Origin: Vulcanimicrobiota bacterium
GTDB lineage: Bacteria > Vulcanimicrobiota > Vulcanimicrobiia > Vulcanimicrobiales > Vulcanimicrobiaceae
Length of the DNA stretch: 64,000 nucleotides
Assembly (NCBI GenBank): GCA_963833095.1
Contig: CAWHWQ010000004.1
Location: 192,001 to 256,000 of the forward strand
Direction: 5' to 3'
The notes below the pieces were generated by a model, which worked only from the letters and a program-made list of their open reading frames with translations, had not been told where the DNA came from and searched no databases. Positions 62,589 to 64,000 of this stretch are shown here, one piece after another. The translations under genes were made by a program, and so were the position numbers. The stretch's first letter is position 1; every line of letters begins with the position of its first letter.

Positions 62589-63355
62589 GTGCGTCGTACC
62601 GCCTCGACAAAACTGCGAAAGAATACCGCTCCGCCCGACGGCGCAAGGATCGCATCACCACGACGCCGGTCGGGATGATTGAAGGTCCACGCATCGCGCT
62701 CGGGGTGCGGCATCAGCGCGAGCACGTTCCCGTCGCGATTGACGAGTCCGGCAACGCCGAGCGCGGATTGGTTGGGGCTGGCGGAATCGTCGACGCTGCC
62801 GTCTTCGTGCGCGTAGACGAACGCGATGTGATTACCGTCCTGCAGTTCGTGCAAATGCTCCGCGCTGGCCGCGAGGCGGCCCTCTGCGTTTGCGGTCCAC
62901 GACGGAATTACCACATCGTGCGGAAGCAGCGCCGTAATCGCCGAGCGCGTCGGATCGACGCAAAGCTTCGCATGCACGTGGGTACAAACGAAATGCGGGA
63001 CCGGTCCGTTGCGCGTGAAGGCTGCGGTGGGACGGCGGATCTCGCCGGTCCCCGGAACCAAACCGGCTTCGAGCAAGATTTGCGCGCCGTTGCAGATCCC
63101 GAGCACGAGCTTCCCCTTCTGCGCTCCGGCAATCACATGGTCCATCGCCACATCGTGCGCAGCGATGGCTCCGGCACGAATGCGATCCTCGTAGGCAAAG
63201 CCCCCAGGTAACACGTAGGCATCGAAGTTGGGGAGTTGCTGCGCGCCGCTCCAATGCACGAGGTACGCATCGCCGCCGCAATCGCGCAGCAATCGGGCCG
63301 TTTCTTCCTCTGAGTTTGTGCCGGGAAAGACCAGCACCGCGATGCGTTTGCTCAC
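62585..63355 (-). CDS. purQ: FGAM synthase glutaminase subunit
   Basis: FPGTNSE, PGGFAYEDRIRAG, GICNGAQIL, MPHPER. Confidence 0.95.
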   Translation of the reverse strand: MSKRIAVLVFPGTNSEEETARLLRDCGGDAYLVHWSGAQQLPNFDAYVLPGGFAYEDRIRAGAIAAHDVAMDHVIAGAQKGKLVLGICNGAQILLEAGLVPGTGEIRRPTAAFTRNGPVPHFVCTHVHAKLCVDPTRSAITALLPHDVVIPSWTANAEGRLAASAEHLHELQDGNHIAFVYAHEDGSVDDSASPNQSALGVAGLVNRDGNVLALMPHPERDAWTFNHPDRRRGDAILAPSGGAVFFRSFVEAVRRT

Positions 63356-64000
63356 GGATACACCTCGCGCAACGGCGCCAGCCAGATGTCGCGCAACCGA
63401 TGAAGATCGAAGGCTTGATCGTCCACGACGAAGATCGGACGATCGATCGTCACCCCGATTTCGTAAACGCCGCTCACGTCGTCGGCGAGGCCTTCAAACG
63501 TTTCCACATCATCGGCGGCAACCTCAACGACGAAGCCGCCGGATTCGCCGAAGTAGGCCTCCAGATCGCCTGCGCCGCCGTGCGTCCACTGCCACGCATC
63601 GTCGATCTGCACACCGACGTGCGCGCGGCCCTGGCGCATTGTCGCGAACGCCATTTCACACATCGCCGCGATCAATCCGCCGTTGCCGATCGCGTGCGCC
63701 GAGCGAAACAGTCGCGCTTGCGCCGCTTCATACATCAGGTCGTGCTGCGCGAGGATCACGTCGTACTCGATGCGCGGCAGATGCGGGTCGCTGCGGCCCA
63801 AGACGTCGAGCAGCACCGAACCGCCGAGCGCGCCTTGCGGCGCACCAATGAGATACAATACCGAACCGGCCTGCTTGAGCGGCATCGTCACCACCGTGTC
63901 GATATCGCTAAACGCGCCGACGCATGCGACGATCGGCGAGGCCGGAATCGCCCGCCCGTTCGCGGATTCGTTATAAAGGCTGACATTACCCGAAACGAAC
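63352..64000 (-). CDS. purL: FGAM synthase large subunit (3' part; runs off window end)
   Basis: FVSGNVSLYNES..IPASPIVACVG, SAHAIGNGGL, YFGESGG. Confidence 0.92.
   Translation of the reverse strand, partial: FVSGNVSLYNESANGRAIPASPIVACVGAFSDIDTVVTMPLKQAGSVLYLIGAPQGALGGSVLLDVLGRSDPHLPRIEYDVILAQHDLMYEAAQARLFRSAHAIGNGGLIAAMCEMAFATMRQGRAHVGVQIDDAWQWTHGGAGDLEAYFGESGGFVVEVAADDVETFEGLADDVSGVYEIGVTIDRPIFVVDDQAFDLHRLRDIWLAPLREVYP

Overview
High-GC bacterial chromosomal segment. The Gram-positive-type SOS box, DegV, a putative outer-membrane beta-barrel and many uncharacterised secreted proteins suggest a diderm Terrabacteria lineage, possibly Eremiobacterota (inference only). Core content: (1) an aspartate-family cluster thrC-thrB / hom-metY-metX. 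Each part has its own unannotated leader-peptide attenuator: one with 11 consecutive Thr codons, the other with a Met/Thr/Cys/Ile-rich peptide. A duplicated copy of the Thr leader lacking its terminator lies 605 bp upstream. (2) A dispersed, all-minus-strand purine cluster (purL-purQ-purS-like-purP ... purP-like ... guaA-purD ... purF ... purM-GNAT::purN) with two archaeal-type PurP paralogues. (3) panB-bluB with a structured leader, cydAB, an RND pump, pepA, a LexA-boxed radical SAM gene and assorted enzymes and regulators. (4) A family of GTCA-tagged palindromic repeats at 11 loci that form arrays, nest, supply stop codons and sit in frame inside metX and the GNAT-PurN gene. Many conserved genes carry small frameshifts clustered in patches, most likely long-read consensus errors. 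No rRNA, tRNA, CRISPR array, transposase or prophage was recognised.
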